Shown here: positions 9,074 through 17,275 of the stretch, one piece after another
Position numbering within the stretch: the stretch's first letter is position 1
Layout: every line of letters begins with the position of its first letter
Assembly (NCBI GenBank): GCA_035525885.1
Contig: DATLDL010000039.1
Location: forward strand, 1-36,489
Length of the DNA: 36,489 nt
Origin: Minisyncoccota bacterium
Lineage (GTDB): Bacteria; Patescibacteriota; Minisyncoccia; Phycocordibacterales; Phycocordibacteraceae
Direction: 5' to 3'
Program-made: the position numbers and the translations under genes
The notes under the pieces: model-generated
Database searches by the model: none
Seen by the model: only the letters and a program-made list of their open reading frames with translations
Told to the model about the DNA's origin: nothing

Positions 9074-9102
9074 AAAGCCCCGATTTCGATTGGGGCTTTT
9101 TC
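9074..9102 (+). terminator. rho-independent terminator
   Basis: AAAGCCCC (9074-9081) pairs with GGGGCTTT (9092-9099) around a 10-nt loop. A T-run follows. Confidence 0.6.
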
Positions 9103-9119
9103 TATCCCCATGACACCCG

Positions 9120-9125
9120 TATACT
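9120..9125 (+). promoter_or_regulatory. candidate -10 box TATACT, 7 nt upstream of ATG 9133 (leaderless-type arrangement)
   Basis: TATACT at 9120-9125, a 7-nt gap (ttgagaa), then ATG 9133. It sits directly after a terminator. Confidence 0.4.
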
Positions 9126-9132
9126 TTGAGAA

Positions 9133-10572
9133 ATGGCACTCACCACTATTCAGAAGGTGTTGTTACTAGGTCTTACAGGAGCTGCTGTTTTCTTCGCTAC
9201 CTATCACCTTACTGAAAGCCCGCCGTTTACGTTTGACGAAGGGTGGTACTTCCAGACAGCCGCAAATCTGGTCACGGCCAATGTGGAAGGCATTCAGCTT
9301 GCTCCGGGCGATATCGAGCACGTCTCTACCTTTGTCACGGTCGGGTATCCGCTCATCTATCCTCTCGCGCTCTGGTTCAAACTCTTCGGTATAAGTGTAC
9401 TCAGCGCTCGAAGTCTCATGGTGCTTTTCATTCTCCTGTTCCTCATAACAAGTTACGTGCTCGCCCGCAAACTGTGTGGTGTTGCTACGGCACTTGCAGC
9501 GCTCGCACTCCTCGCGACCTTTCCTCCGCTGTATGGGAATGGGAAACCTGTGCTTGGGGAAGTGCCAGGACTACTCTATCTCGTGCTATCGCTCTTGTGT
9601 TTGTATCAGGCGAGAACACACACGCTCCACAAAACGTTTTGGATTATCCTTACGGGCATCAGTGTCGGGCTTTGTATTGTTACGAAACCGCTTTTCCTCA
9701 TCATGGCGCCAGCGCTTCTGGCAGGTGTGTATGGCGAATGGAAAAAGAATATCTTTACGCTTCGCGATATCGGCATTGGTTTTTTGAGCACGCTTGCCCC
9801 TATCGCCGCGTGGGTCGTGGTGCAGTTTCGATCAAGCGACTCTTTTTCTACCGTGCTCTCGTACTATGCAAATCCATACAATACGCAACTCTCGACTACC
9901 ATTTTGCATAACCTCGGCGGCCTCTTTTCGGACGTAAATACCTTGTATACGGTTGGGATCGCGTTCGTTTGGGCTGCAGCGCTCTGGGTGAGACGTACGG
10001 CGCAGGAGGATATTCCATCCGAAGAACGTATCGCTTTTGTTTTTGCAATGCTGGTCATACTCGCGTATTTACGTACAGGGGGTTTTTATCGCTACTTGTT
10101 TCCGGCGCAAGCGGTCATGCTTATCTTCTTTCCGCACGCGCTTATGCGCATAAGCATGTTCGCGCATTCATTTTTTCCGCGCCTTCAGTCGCGCCTCGTG
10201 GCCATGAGTTTCATAACCCTGCTCGGCATGCTCGGTTCTTATCAAGTCCTGTTCCATTCGTGGGTTGCTGAAGCATATACGAGCCAAAAGACAGCGTTTT
10301 GGGAGTCCTACTTGAGCGAAGTATCGACTACGACCAGTATCTTTTTCTATAACGCGCCTGAAGTTGCGGCGTTCGCACCACACAGAAATTACTATCAATA
10401 CATTGAAAACTTCGGCAGATCGATCGGTGCGGATCAGCGCACGGCTATTACAGCCGGAACCGTCGATAGGATCATCATTCAAACGGGCTGGTACATTCCT
10501 ACTGATCCGCTTTTCAAAAAATATACGACTGACCGCACGGCTTATAAATACTCGGTCTTACGGCTTCGGTAG
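9133..10572 (+). CDS. polytopic membrane glycosyltransferase, GT-C fold candidate (ArnT/PMT-like)
   Basis: 479 aa with about 11-12 hydrophobic segments. A DE pair follows TM1 (ESPPFTFDEGWYFQTA). A soluble C-terminal tail is present. Confidence 0.65.
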   Translation: MALTTIQKVLLLGLTGAAVFFATYHLTESPPFTFDEGWYFQTAANLVTANVEGIQLAPGDIEHVSTFVTVGYPLIYPLALWFKLFGISVLSARSLMVLFILLFLITSYVLARKLCGVATALAALALLATFPPLYGNGKPVLGEVPGLLYLVLSLLCLYQARTHTLHKTFWIILTGISVGLCIVTKPLFLIMAPALLAGVYGEWKKNIFTLRDIGIGFLSTLAPIAAWVVVQFRSSDSFSTVLSYYANPYNTQLSTTILHNLGGLFSDVNTLYTVGIAFVWAAALWVRRTAQEDIPSEERIAFVFAMLVILAYLRTGGFYRYLFPAQAVMLIFFPHALMRISMFAHSFFPRLQSRLVAMSFITLLGMLGSYQVLFHSWVAEAYTSQKTAFWESYLSEVSTTTSIFFYNAPEVAAFAPHRNYYQYIENFGRSIGADQRTAITAGTVDRIIIQTGWYIPTDPLFKKYTTDRTAYKYSVLRLR

Positions 10573-11358
10573 TTTTTTCGCAATGACGATGATGCCATTC
10601 GGTTCGCCAACTGTAAGTAGGGCGTCAAGAAGATAGAGGGCATAGAAGGGGTAAAAGAGAAGGCCCATGAGTGCTTTTGAGTGAAAACGGTTGTAGGCGT
10701 CGAACAAAAACGTACCGAAGCGATACTCATAGAAGGATACTTTTTCGATCTCAAATCCGCGCTCGGTCAGAAAAGCACGAAGCGCGCCTTCGGTGTATCC
10801 GGGGCGCTCGTGGTCGAATGATCTGAAAATGCGCAAATTGTGGGTGGACCAGTGCGGAACGGAAAGGAGTAGTGTTCCGCCGGGCTTGATGACGCGCGCC
10901 AGTTCGTTCAATGCAGGCACGTCTTCGGGCATATGTTCGATGACTTCAGAACAGACGATAAGGTCGTAGACCTGATCCTGAAACGGGAGCGTTGCAAGCG
11001 AACCGGCCACCGGATGCACGCGCGCAGCAAGGTCGGGTGCCTCGGTAAGCATTTTTTTGATTTCTTCGATGCGAACCGTTTCCAGATCAATCGAATCGAC
11101 CGTCCATCCACGCTCGGCAAGGGAGAATGAATAGATGCCGTAGCCGCAGCCCGCATCAAGCGCGCGGCCGGCAGCGGGAAGGCGTGATGCCGCGCGCAGC
11201 ATTACCCGTGCGCGTGCGCGAAATCCAAGATGTGGCACGCCAATCAGGCGGAGTGCCAACCGTGTCAGAAAATTGTTTTCAAGGGTATACTGTTTCTCAT
11301 CCGCCGTGGAAAGCGACAATCGAGAAAATCTCCCTAGTACTGAGCCGATGATTGCCAT
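10558..11358 (-). CDS. class I SAM-dependent methyltransferase
   Basis: Motif I is ALDAGCGYGIYSFSLAERG, followed by DSIDL, LIVCSEVIEHM and IKPGGTLLLSVP. I placed the start at ATG 11358 (MAIIGSV) because SD AGAGG (complement of 11366-11370) lies 7 nt upstream. The track start 11466 would be antisense to the conserved N-terminus of the neighbouring GT2. Confidence 0.8.
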   Translation of the reverse strand: MAIIGSVLGRFSRLSLSTADEKQYTLENNFLTRLALRLIGVPHLGFRARARVMLRAASRLPAAGRALDAGCGYGIYSFSLAERGWTVDSIDLETVRIEEIKKMLTEAPDLAARVHPVAGSLATLPFQDQVYDLIVCSEVIEHMPEDVPALNELARVIKPGGTLLLSVPHWSTHNLRIFRSFDHERPGYTEGALRAFLTERGFEIEKVSFYEYRFGTFLFDAYNRFHSKALMGLLFYPFYALYLLDALLTVGEPNGIIVIAKKLPKP

Positions 11359-12076
11359 GTCCACGCCTCTGTCTGTTACGATAGTGATCCCAGTATACAA
11401 CGAAGCGCTGATTATTGCGGATTCACTTACGAAACTTCTCACCTTCCTTTCGAAGGAATTGCTCACCTATGGGTACCGCATTCTTGTCGTCGACAATGCG
11501 AGTACCGATCAGACGGCTGACCTAGTCTCCGCTATCGCCCGCCACCATCCAGAAGTTTCCCTGCTTCGACTCACAGAAAAAGGGAAGGGGCGCGCCGTGC
11601 GCGCCGGGTGGGATACGGGCGGCGATATTTTAGTGTTTATGGATGCCGACCTTTCTTCGGACTTGTCGTTCTTCCCGGCGCTCATTACGCCGATCGCGTC
11701 CGGCACTGCCGATCTTGCAATTGGCAATCGGCTTGGACGCACCTCCGTGCTCATAAGCGAGAAGCGGGGCCGCAAGATTGCATCACAGTTTTATAACGCG
11801 CTTGCGCGACTACTTCTGCGTACCGGAATCGACGACCACCAATGCGGCTTCAAGGCGATTTCAAAAAACGCCTATGCGCGCATTCGTCCGCATGGTATCG
11901 ACCCCGGTTTCTTTTTTGATACCGAACTGATTGCGTGGACTAAGAAGCTTGGATTCGCCATTGCCCAAATTGATATTCGCTGGGTCGATAGTCCCGTATC
12001 GAAAGTATCGCTGTTTTCTGATTCGATCAGAATGTTCGGATCAATGCTCGAACTCGCTGCTCGCCTACACCTATGA
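11348..12076 (+). CDS. GT2 glycosyltransferase, Dpm1/GtrB-like (polyprenyl-phosphate sugar synthase type)
   Basis: Motifs are VTIVIPVYNEALII, VVDNASTDQTADL, VFMDADLSSD and QCGFKAIS. The start is ATG 11348 or 11357. The track start 11273 adds a non-conserved extension. Confidence 0.85.
   Translation: MIAMSTPLSVTIVIPVYNEALIIADSLTKLLTFLSKELLTYGYRILVVDNASTDQTADLVSAIARHHPEVSLLRLTEKGKGRAVRAGWDTGGDILVFMDADLSSDLSFFPALITPIASGTADLAIGNRLGRTSVLISEKRGRKIASQFYNALARLLLRTGIDDHQCGFKAISKNAYARIRPHGIDPGFFFDTELIAWTKKLGFAIAQIDIRWVDSPVSKVSLFSDSIRMFGSMLELAARLHL
11392..11397 (-). promoter_or_regulatory. candidate -10 box TATACT for the minus-strand methyltransferase, embedded in the GT2 coding sequence
   Basis: The reverse complement of AGTATA at 11392-11397 is TATACT. 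It lies 33 nt upstream of ATG 11358, with SD AGAGG in between. Confidence 0.3.
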
Positions 12077-13830
12077 ACCGCACGCTCTCGATTGTCATTC
12101 CTTGTTACAACGAAGAAGCCACGCTCGCGACGCTTCTCGATCGTGTCCTGGCAACGTCTCTTCCGGGCTGGAACAAGGAAGTCATTGTTGTTGATGACGC
12201 CTCTACAGACGGCACACCCGCGATTCTGGCAGCGTATGCTTCACGCATAACCGTCCGGCGATTGGCACGAAATGGAGGAAAGGGAACCGCCGTTGCTGAA
12301 GGACTGGGGGTTGCTGCGGGCGATTTCATCCTCATTCAAGACGCTGATCTTGAATATGCGCCTGAAGAAATTTCACGCCTTACTAACGCGGTGCAAGATG
12401 AGCGCTCGGTGGTCTACGGCTCTCGTAATCTTGAGAATCCGCAGCGTACTGGTTTTTGGATACCGCGCCTTGGCGTATGGGGCATCACGGTATTGATCAA
12501 TGTGCTTTATGGCGCACGTCTTACTGATGCGTGGACGTGCTACAAGCTATTTCCCGCGTCTGCAAAACGGTTTTTTCCCGCCGGCCGTTTCGATGCCGAG
12601 ATTATGTTTACGCTCGAGCTTGTGCGGAAAGGGTATGCAATAGATGAGGTGCCGATCACGCATTCGCCGCGGGATGCTGCGCACGGGAAAAAGATTCAGT
12701 ATACCGACGGACTGAGGGTCATCGGGCTTATCTTGAAAGATTCCATTCAGCATATCCGTCCGTTTTGGCTATTTCTGCTTACACTTATCATGCTCGCGAC
12801 GCTTTCGTTTGCCGTACTGAAGCCGGCGTTTTCGCTTGAAGGCGATGCGCCGTCCTATATCGCTTCCGTACAGTTTCTGCAGGCGGGTGCAGTCGATGCG
12901 CATTTTGTACCGAACAGGATTCTCACTACCTTCCTCGGTCTTGAGGCGATCAGTCTGCTTTCCCAAGTGACTGGAGGGAATCTGCAGACTGCATGGCTGC
13001 TCCTGAACGCGATCTTCTACGTGCTTGGCGGTCTCGTTTTTTACCTCATGCTCCTGACCGTGTTCAGAAGCCAGTCGGTGGCGTTTCTCGGCGGCCTGTT
13101 CCTTGCTGCAAACTACGCGTATCTTACCTTCGGTCTGAGTTATTTCATGGACATGGGCGGATGGTTCTTCTATCTTCTCGCTCTCTTTTTCACGGCATAC
13201 TATCTCTATTCTCGTCGAACGCGCCACTTGTATTGGAGTGCAGTCGCAATCGGCGTGGGGGTTTTGTTCAAAGAGTACGCGCTTCTGGGAGTCATACCGC
13301 TCATACTCACCGTGGTCTGGGAGAAATGGCCACGGGCTGGCGCAGCTAGTAAACAGCTCATCCCGCTTGGGACGCTGGTGTGTATCCCTCTCATACTTTT
13401 ATACCTCTACGTCTATCTTCGGTTCGGATACACCTACGCCGATTGGTTTACCTTCAACCATAGCTACTACGTCTACTCCTCGCGGCTCATTGAATATGTA
13501 AAAGCGGGCGGCGTACTCGTGAATTTCCTTGCTCTACCAGTGCTCCTTGGCGCCTATCAATTGTTCGTCCAAAAGGGAAAAGCGCTCGCTCGGCCGCACC
13601 GTATGTTCGTGGGGGCGGTTATAGTCTCTGCGCTCCCGGCATTCATATGGCCCGCCATCACCGAGCGCATACTCTTTATTACGATACCCGCGCTCATCTT
13701 GATCGCGAGCATCGCATTCAAAAGATACGAACAGCGCTGGTTCGTATTTCTTCCGATACTCGGGCTCTATGGGCTCATGAGTTTGTATATGGACTCCGTT
13801 ATTCTGCCGCAGATAAATCTGCCATTTTAA
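12073..13830 (+). CDS. fusion protein: N-terminal Dpm1-like GT2 domain plus a C-terminal ~350-aa polytopic membrane domain
   Basis: 585 aa with an ATGA overlap onto the upstream GT2. N-domain motifs are LSIVIPCYNEEATL, VVDDASTDGT and LIQDADLEYAPEE. From about residue 235 onward there are roughly 9-11 hydrophobic helices. Confidence 0.85.
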   Translation: MNRTLSIVIPCYNEEATLATLLDRVLATSLPGWNKEVIVVDDASTDGTPAILAAYASRITVRRLARNGGKGTAVAEGLGVAAGDFILIQDADLEYAPEEISRLTNAVQDERSVVYGSRNLENPQRTGFWIPRLGVWGITVLINVLYGARLTDAWTCYKLFPASAKRFFPAGRFDAEIMFTLELVRKGYAIDEVPITHSPRDAAHGKKIQYTDGLRVIGLILKDSIQHIRPFWLFLLTLIMLATLSFAVLKPAFSLEGDAPSYIASVQFLQAGAVDAHFVPNRILTTFLGLEAISLLSQVTGGNLQTAWLLLNAIFYVLGGLVFYLMLLTVFRSQSVAFLGGLFLAANYAYLTFGLSYFMDMGGWFFYLLALFFTAYYLYSRRTRHLYWSAVAIGVGVLFKEYALLGVIPLILTVVWEKWPRAGAASKQLIPLGTLVCIPLILLYLYVYLRFGYTYADWFTFNHSYYVYSSRLIEYVKAGGVLVNFLALPVLLGAYQLFVQKGKALARPHRMFVGAVIVSALPAFIWPAITERILFITIPALILIASIAFKRYEQRWFVFLPILGLYGLMSLYMDSVILPQINLPF

Positions 13831-13834
13831 CTAT

Positions 13835-14875
13835 ATGAAAATCTGCTGGTTCGGTATCTATAACCCAGACTTCTCACGAAATCAGATCTACATCCGCGGT
13901 CTGCGCGTAAATGACGTTACGGTTCTCGAATGTGCTGATCGCAGTCCTGGGCTTCGCAAATACCTCCGGCTGTGGCAGAAACACCGCGCACTGCAGGGGA
14001 ATTACGATGCGCTCGTTGTCGGCTATCCTGGTCATCTCGTCGTACCGTTTGCCAAACTACTTTCCAGAAAACCAGTAGTCGCTGACCTGCTCGGCTCGCT
14101 TGCTGATGCCGAGCAGCACTCGCATATGCCAAGCCGCATACGATTGCTCAAAAGCCGCATTGCCGACTGGTGTGCCGTGCATTTTGCCGATCTGGTACTG
14201 CTTGAAAGCGAGGCGCAAAAACGCTATTTCGAAGAGCGATTTGGCCCGTCTGGCAAATATCGTGTCCTCTATACGGGCGCCGACGATAGCGTCTTTTACT
14301 GTGACTCTTCATCTTCAGGCACACCACGCACTGTTTTGTTTCGCGGCCGCCTGACTCCCGAATGCGGCATTTTGCATATCCTTGAGGCGGCACGTCTATT
14401 GAAAAATGAGCACAATATTCGTTTCCGCGTGCTTGGCTCAGGGCCGCTACTTGCTGTGGCACAGGCATACATTCAGACACACGCTCTTGAGAACGTGGTG
14501 TTGGTTACTGAGTATCTTTCTGGGGAAGCACTGCGAACACATATCTGTGACGCATCGCTCGCGCTTGGGCAATTCGAACACAATCCACGCCTCTCACGCA
14601 CCATTCCTCACAAAGCATTTGAAGCGTTCGCGATGGGTATTCCGTACCTGACGGGAAATGGGGAAGCCGTGTGCGAAATTGTGCAGGAGCGCGAAACCGG
14701 CTTCCTGGTCCCGCTCGGGGATCCCGCGCAGCTCGCAGAAAAAATACGCTCTCTTATGCACGAGGATCACATACGTTTGAGCGTTGCGGCAAAAAGCAGA
14801 CAGCTTTTTGCCGAACAATTCGCACCTGCCGTACTTGCGCGAAAATTAGTCTCGCTGCTTGCGGAACTTACTTAA
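13835..14875 (+). CDS. glycosyltransferase, GT-B fold (GT4/GT1-like)
   Basis: 346 aa, starting 4 nt after the upstream stop. The C-terminal donor-binding region is PHKAFEAFAMGIPYLTGNGEAVCEIVQERETGFLV. Confidence 0.8.
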   Translation: MKICWFGIYNPDFSRNQIYIRGLRVNDVTVLECADRSPGLRKYLRLWQKHRALQGNYDALVVGYPGHLVVPFAKLLSRKPVVADLLGSLADAEQHSHMPSRIRLLKSRIADWCAVHFADLVLLESEAQKRYFEERFGPSGKYRVLYTGADDSVFYCDSSSSGTPRTVLFRGRLTPECGILHILEAARLLKNEHNIRFRVLGSGPLLAVAQAYIQTHALENVVLVTEYLSGEALRTHICDASLALGQFEHNPRLSRTIPHKAFEAFAMGIPYLTGNGEAVCEIVQERETGFLVPLGDPAQLAEKIRSLMHEDHIRLSVAAKSRQLFAEQFAPAVLARKLVSLLAELT

Positions 14876-15480
14876 CAGCAAAGCAGAGGAAACCGCTCGT
14901 TTGTTCGCTCGCGTCTTTGCCAAACAGGCGATCAATCCACTCAAAGAAACGAGTCCTTTTGGTGAAGACTGGAATAAGGTTCATGGCGGTCGCAAGCGCA
15001 CCGCGTTCACCCACCATTTCTATGGAAGAAAAGTCACGCATGAGATAGGCAAGCCCGTCGCGTGTAAATCGGTAGAAGTCTTGGTAATACCCCTTTTCCG
15101 GATGATAGTAAAAAATAAAAGGTATTTTCACGAGGCAGTATCCGCCCTTTTTCAGAACGCGATGCATCTCCCGAGCAGCTTGTTGCGGTTCTTCGACGTG
15201 CTCAAGCACATCAAGACAAAGGATCGCTTCCACAGAGTCACTCGGCAGGGGTAAACGTATGAATGTCTCCGACGATGTCGGGATGATAATCCGGCACTTT
15301 GTCGAGAATCTTGTAGTCCTTGCCTGCGGCAAGCGGCACGGCCCATGGATGCATCACGCCTCGATTGTTCCGCTTCGGATCAATTTTCAATCCGCCACCG
15401 ATATCAATGATCTCGTGTTTCTCAGTAAAGATTTTGCATATCTTTTCCCTGAAAAATAATTCATCTCGCCTCATGCTCAT
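14868..15480 (-). pseudogene. class I SAM-dependent methyltransferase interrupted by a single-nucleotide frameshift (pseudogene or assembly error)
   Basis: Two overlapping minus-strand ORFs (15238-15480 and 14868-15332) each carry half of one methyltransferase. They encode IIDIGGG...PDIVGDIH and LPLPSDSVEAILCLDVLEHV...LKKGGYCLVKIP. Removing one base from the AAA/TTT run at 15253-15255 joins them as GDIHTLPLPSDSVEAI. Confidence 0.75.
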
Positions 15481-16181
15481 GCACGTATAAATAACGCGTC
15501 CTCAAACAATATGGCTCCCGTGACCGGATCGCGCTTTTGATGGAGTGCGCCCCGATACGAAAATCCGGCATCTTTCATGAGCGTGTACACGCGATCAAAC
15601 AGCGGCTGGCCTTCATACAAGCGTACGAATGATGCTTCAAGCAGTGCCACTTTCGTTTGCGCGAGCGTTGCAGGTCCTCCTGCAAGCACCTGCTCCTCAT
15701 ACCCCTGTGCATCTATTTTTAAGAGCACGTTCGGTGCCAGCGGTAGACCGGCAAGCGCATCGTCCATACATTCAATGCGAATCGTCTCATCGACGCCGCC
15801 TTTGGTGTGCGGGAATAGATCGGTATGGAGCTTTTCCATAGGAAGCAGGGAAGAGCTCGGACTGTAGCTGCTGCGGTGGATGGTAGCCGTGCCGGATGTT
15901 TCGCCAAGCGCAGTATTAAACGCATGAAAGTTCGCATCGCCCTTCATGCGCGCCGTGAGTTCGGCAAAACAATCCGGAAGCGGTTCAAAAGAGTACATGG
16001 TCGCGTCAGGCAGAAGTGCCCGTACTTCCTGCGCAAATTGACCAACATTCGCACCCACGTCGATGATGGTTTTAATGTCGAGTGTTGTGAGAATGGCGAG
16101 TGGCTCAGGGCTGGCATGGTGCCGATGCACGTCAATGCCGATTTGATTCAGTGCACGGCGCACAGGGTGTCGAGAGCTCAT
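15477..16181 (-). CDS. FkbM-family methyltransferase
   Basis: 234 aa. IIDVGANVGQFAQEV and FEPLPDCFAEL match the FkbM-domain pattern. It has 4-nt overlaps with both neighbouring genes. Confidence 0.85.
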   Translation of the reverse strand: MSSRHPVRRALNQIGIDVHRHHASPEPLAILTTLDIKTIIDVGANVGQFAQEVRALLPDATMYSFEPLPDCFAELTARMKGDANFHAFNTALGETSGTATIHRSSYSPSSSLLPMEKLHTDLFPHTKGGVDETIRIECMDDALAGLPLAPNVLLKIDAQGYEEQVLAGGPATLAQTKVALLEASFVRLYEGQPLFDRVYTLMKDAGFSYRGALHQKRDPVTGAILFEDALFIRA

Positions 16182-17275
16182 GCCGCAAAACGATTAAGGG
16201 CTGCAATGACGTACATAACTTCCTCGTCAGTCAGCTCAGGAAAAAGTGGAAGAGACAGCACTTCCTGTGCGGCGTGCTCACTTTCCGGCAGATCGCCCGC
16301 CTTGTATCCCAAGAATTCATACGCTTTTTGGAGGTGAATAGGGAAAGCGTAGTGCGTGCCAAATCCGACGCCGGCCTCAGTGAGATGTTTTTGAAGCGCG
16401 TCGCGATGCTTGGTCCGTATCACGAATAAGTGAAAGACATGCGTCGAATCCGGCCGAAGTTTCGGCAACGTAATCAGCGGATTTTGTATTTCGGTGAGGT
16501 ATCGAGTGGCAATCTCTCTACGGCGTCCGTTCCAGGTATCAAGGTGGGGAAGCTTCACGCTAAGGACTGCGGCCTGCACTTCATCCATACGGCTGTTGTA
16601 GCCCTCGATGTCGGCGAAATACGTTTTAGCCATCCCATACATGCGCAGTTTTCGGCAGGTGGCGGCAAGCGCTTCGCTACTGGTGAGAATCATGCCGCCA
16701 TCGCCATACGCGCCCAAGTTTTTAGTCGGATAAAAACTGAAACAGCTTATGGCGCCGAACGTGCCGGCGGTCTTGCCCTTGTACGTCGCTCCCGTTGTTT
16801 GAGCGCAATCTTCCACGACGGGAATCTCATGTCTGGTAGCGACCGTCATGACCGCTTCGATATCGACTGGTTGACCATAGAGATGGACTGCGACGATCGC
16901 TTTCGTGTTCGATGTGATTTTCCCTTCAAGCTTGTTCGGATCCATGCCGAAATAGTCATCACTGTCCACAAAGACAGGAATCGCTCCACGCTCGCGTATG
17001 GCGCTTACGGTCGGGACTGCGGTGTTAGTAACTGTAATGACTTCATGTCCCGGTCCAACACCCAGTGCGGCAAGTGCGATTTTAAGTGCATCGGTGCCAG
17101 AGTTAACCGCAATGCCATGCGCAGTGCCAATGTATTTTGCAAAAGACTCTTCAAAATGCAGCGTCTCGTTTCCAAGTACAAATTTTCCAGACTCGAACAC
17201 GCGTGCCGCTGCGGCCATCATTTCTTCATGCAGCGTGGCGTATTGGCGCGTGGCGTTAAAGACGGGCACATTCAT
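16178..17275 (-). CDS. DegT/DnrJ/EryC1/StrS-family PLP-dependent sugar aminotransferase (FdtB/QdtB/TylB-like)
   Basis: 365 aa. DALKIALAALGVGPGHEVI is present. The PLP-lysine context is FSFYPTKNLGAYGDGG. Confidence 0.9.
   Translation of the reverse strand: MNVPVFNATRQYATLHEEMMAAAARVFESGKFVLGNETLHFEESFAKYIGTAHGIAVNSGTDALKIALAALGVGPGHEVITVTNTAVPTVSAIRERGAIPVFVDSDDYFGMDPNKLEGKITSNTKAIVAVHLYGQPVDIEAVMTVATRHEIPVVEDCAQTTGATYKGKTAGTFGAISCFSFYPTKNLGAYGDGGMILTSSEALAATCRKLRMYGMAKTYFADIEGYNSRMDEVQAAVLSVKLPHLDTWNGRRREIATRYLTEIQNPLITLPKLRPDSTHVFHLFVIRTKHRDALQKHLTEAGVGFGTHYAFPIHLQKAYEFLGYKAGDLPESEHAAQEVLSLPLFPELTDEEVMYVIAALNRFAA

Noticed and set aside
15250-15262. Programmed ribosomal frameshift as the explanation for the split methyltransferase
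   Set aside because: There is no slippery heptamer, no prfB-like stop context or internal SD, and no downstream structure that I can see. A simple 1-nt indel in a 3-nt homopolymer is the more economical explanation.
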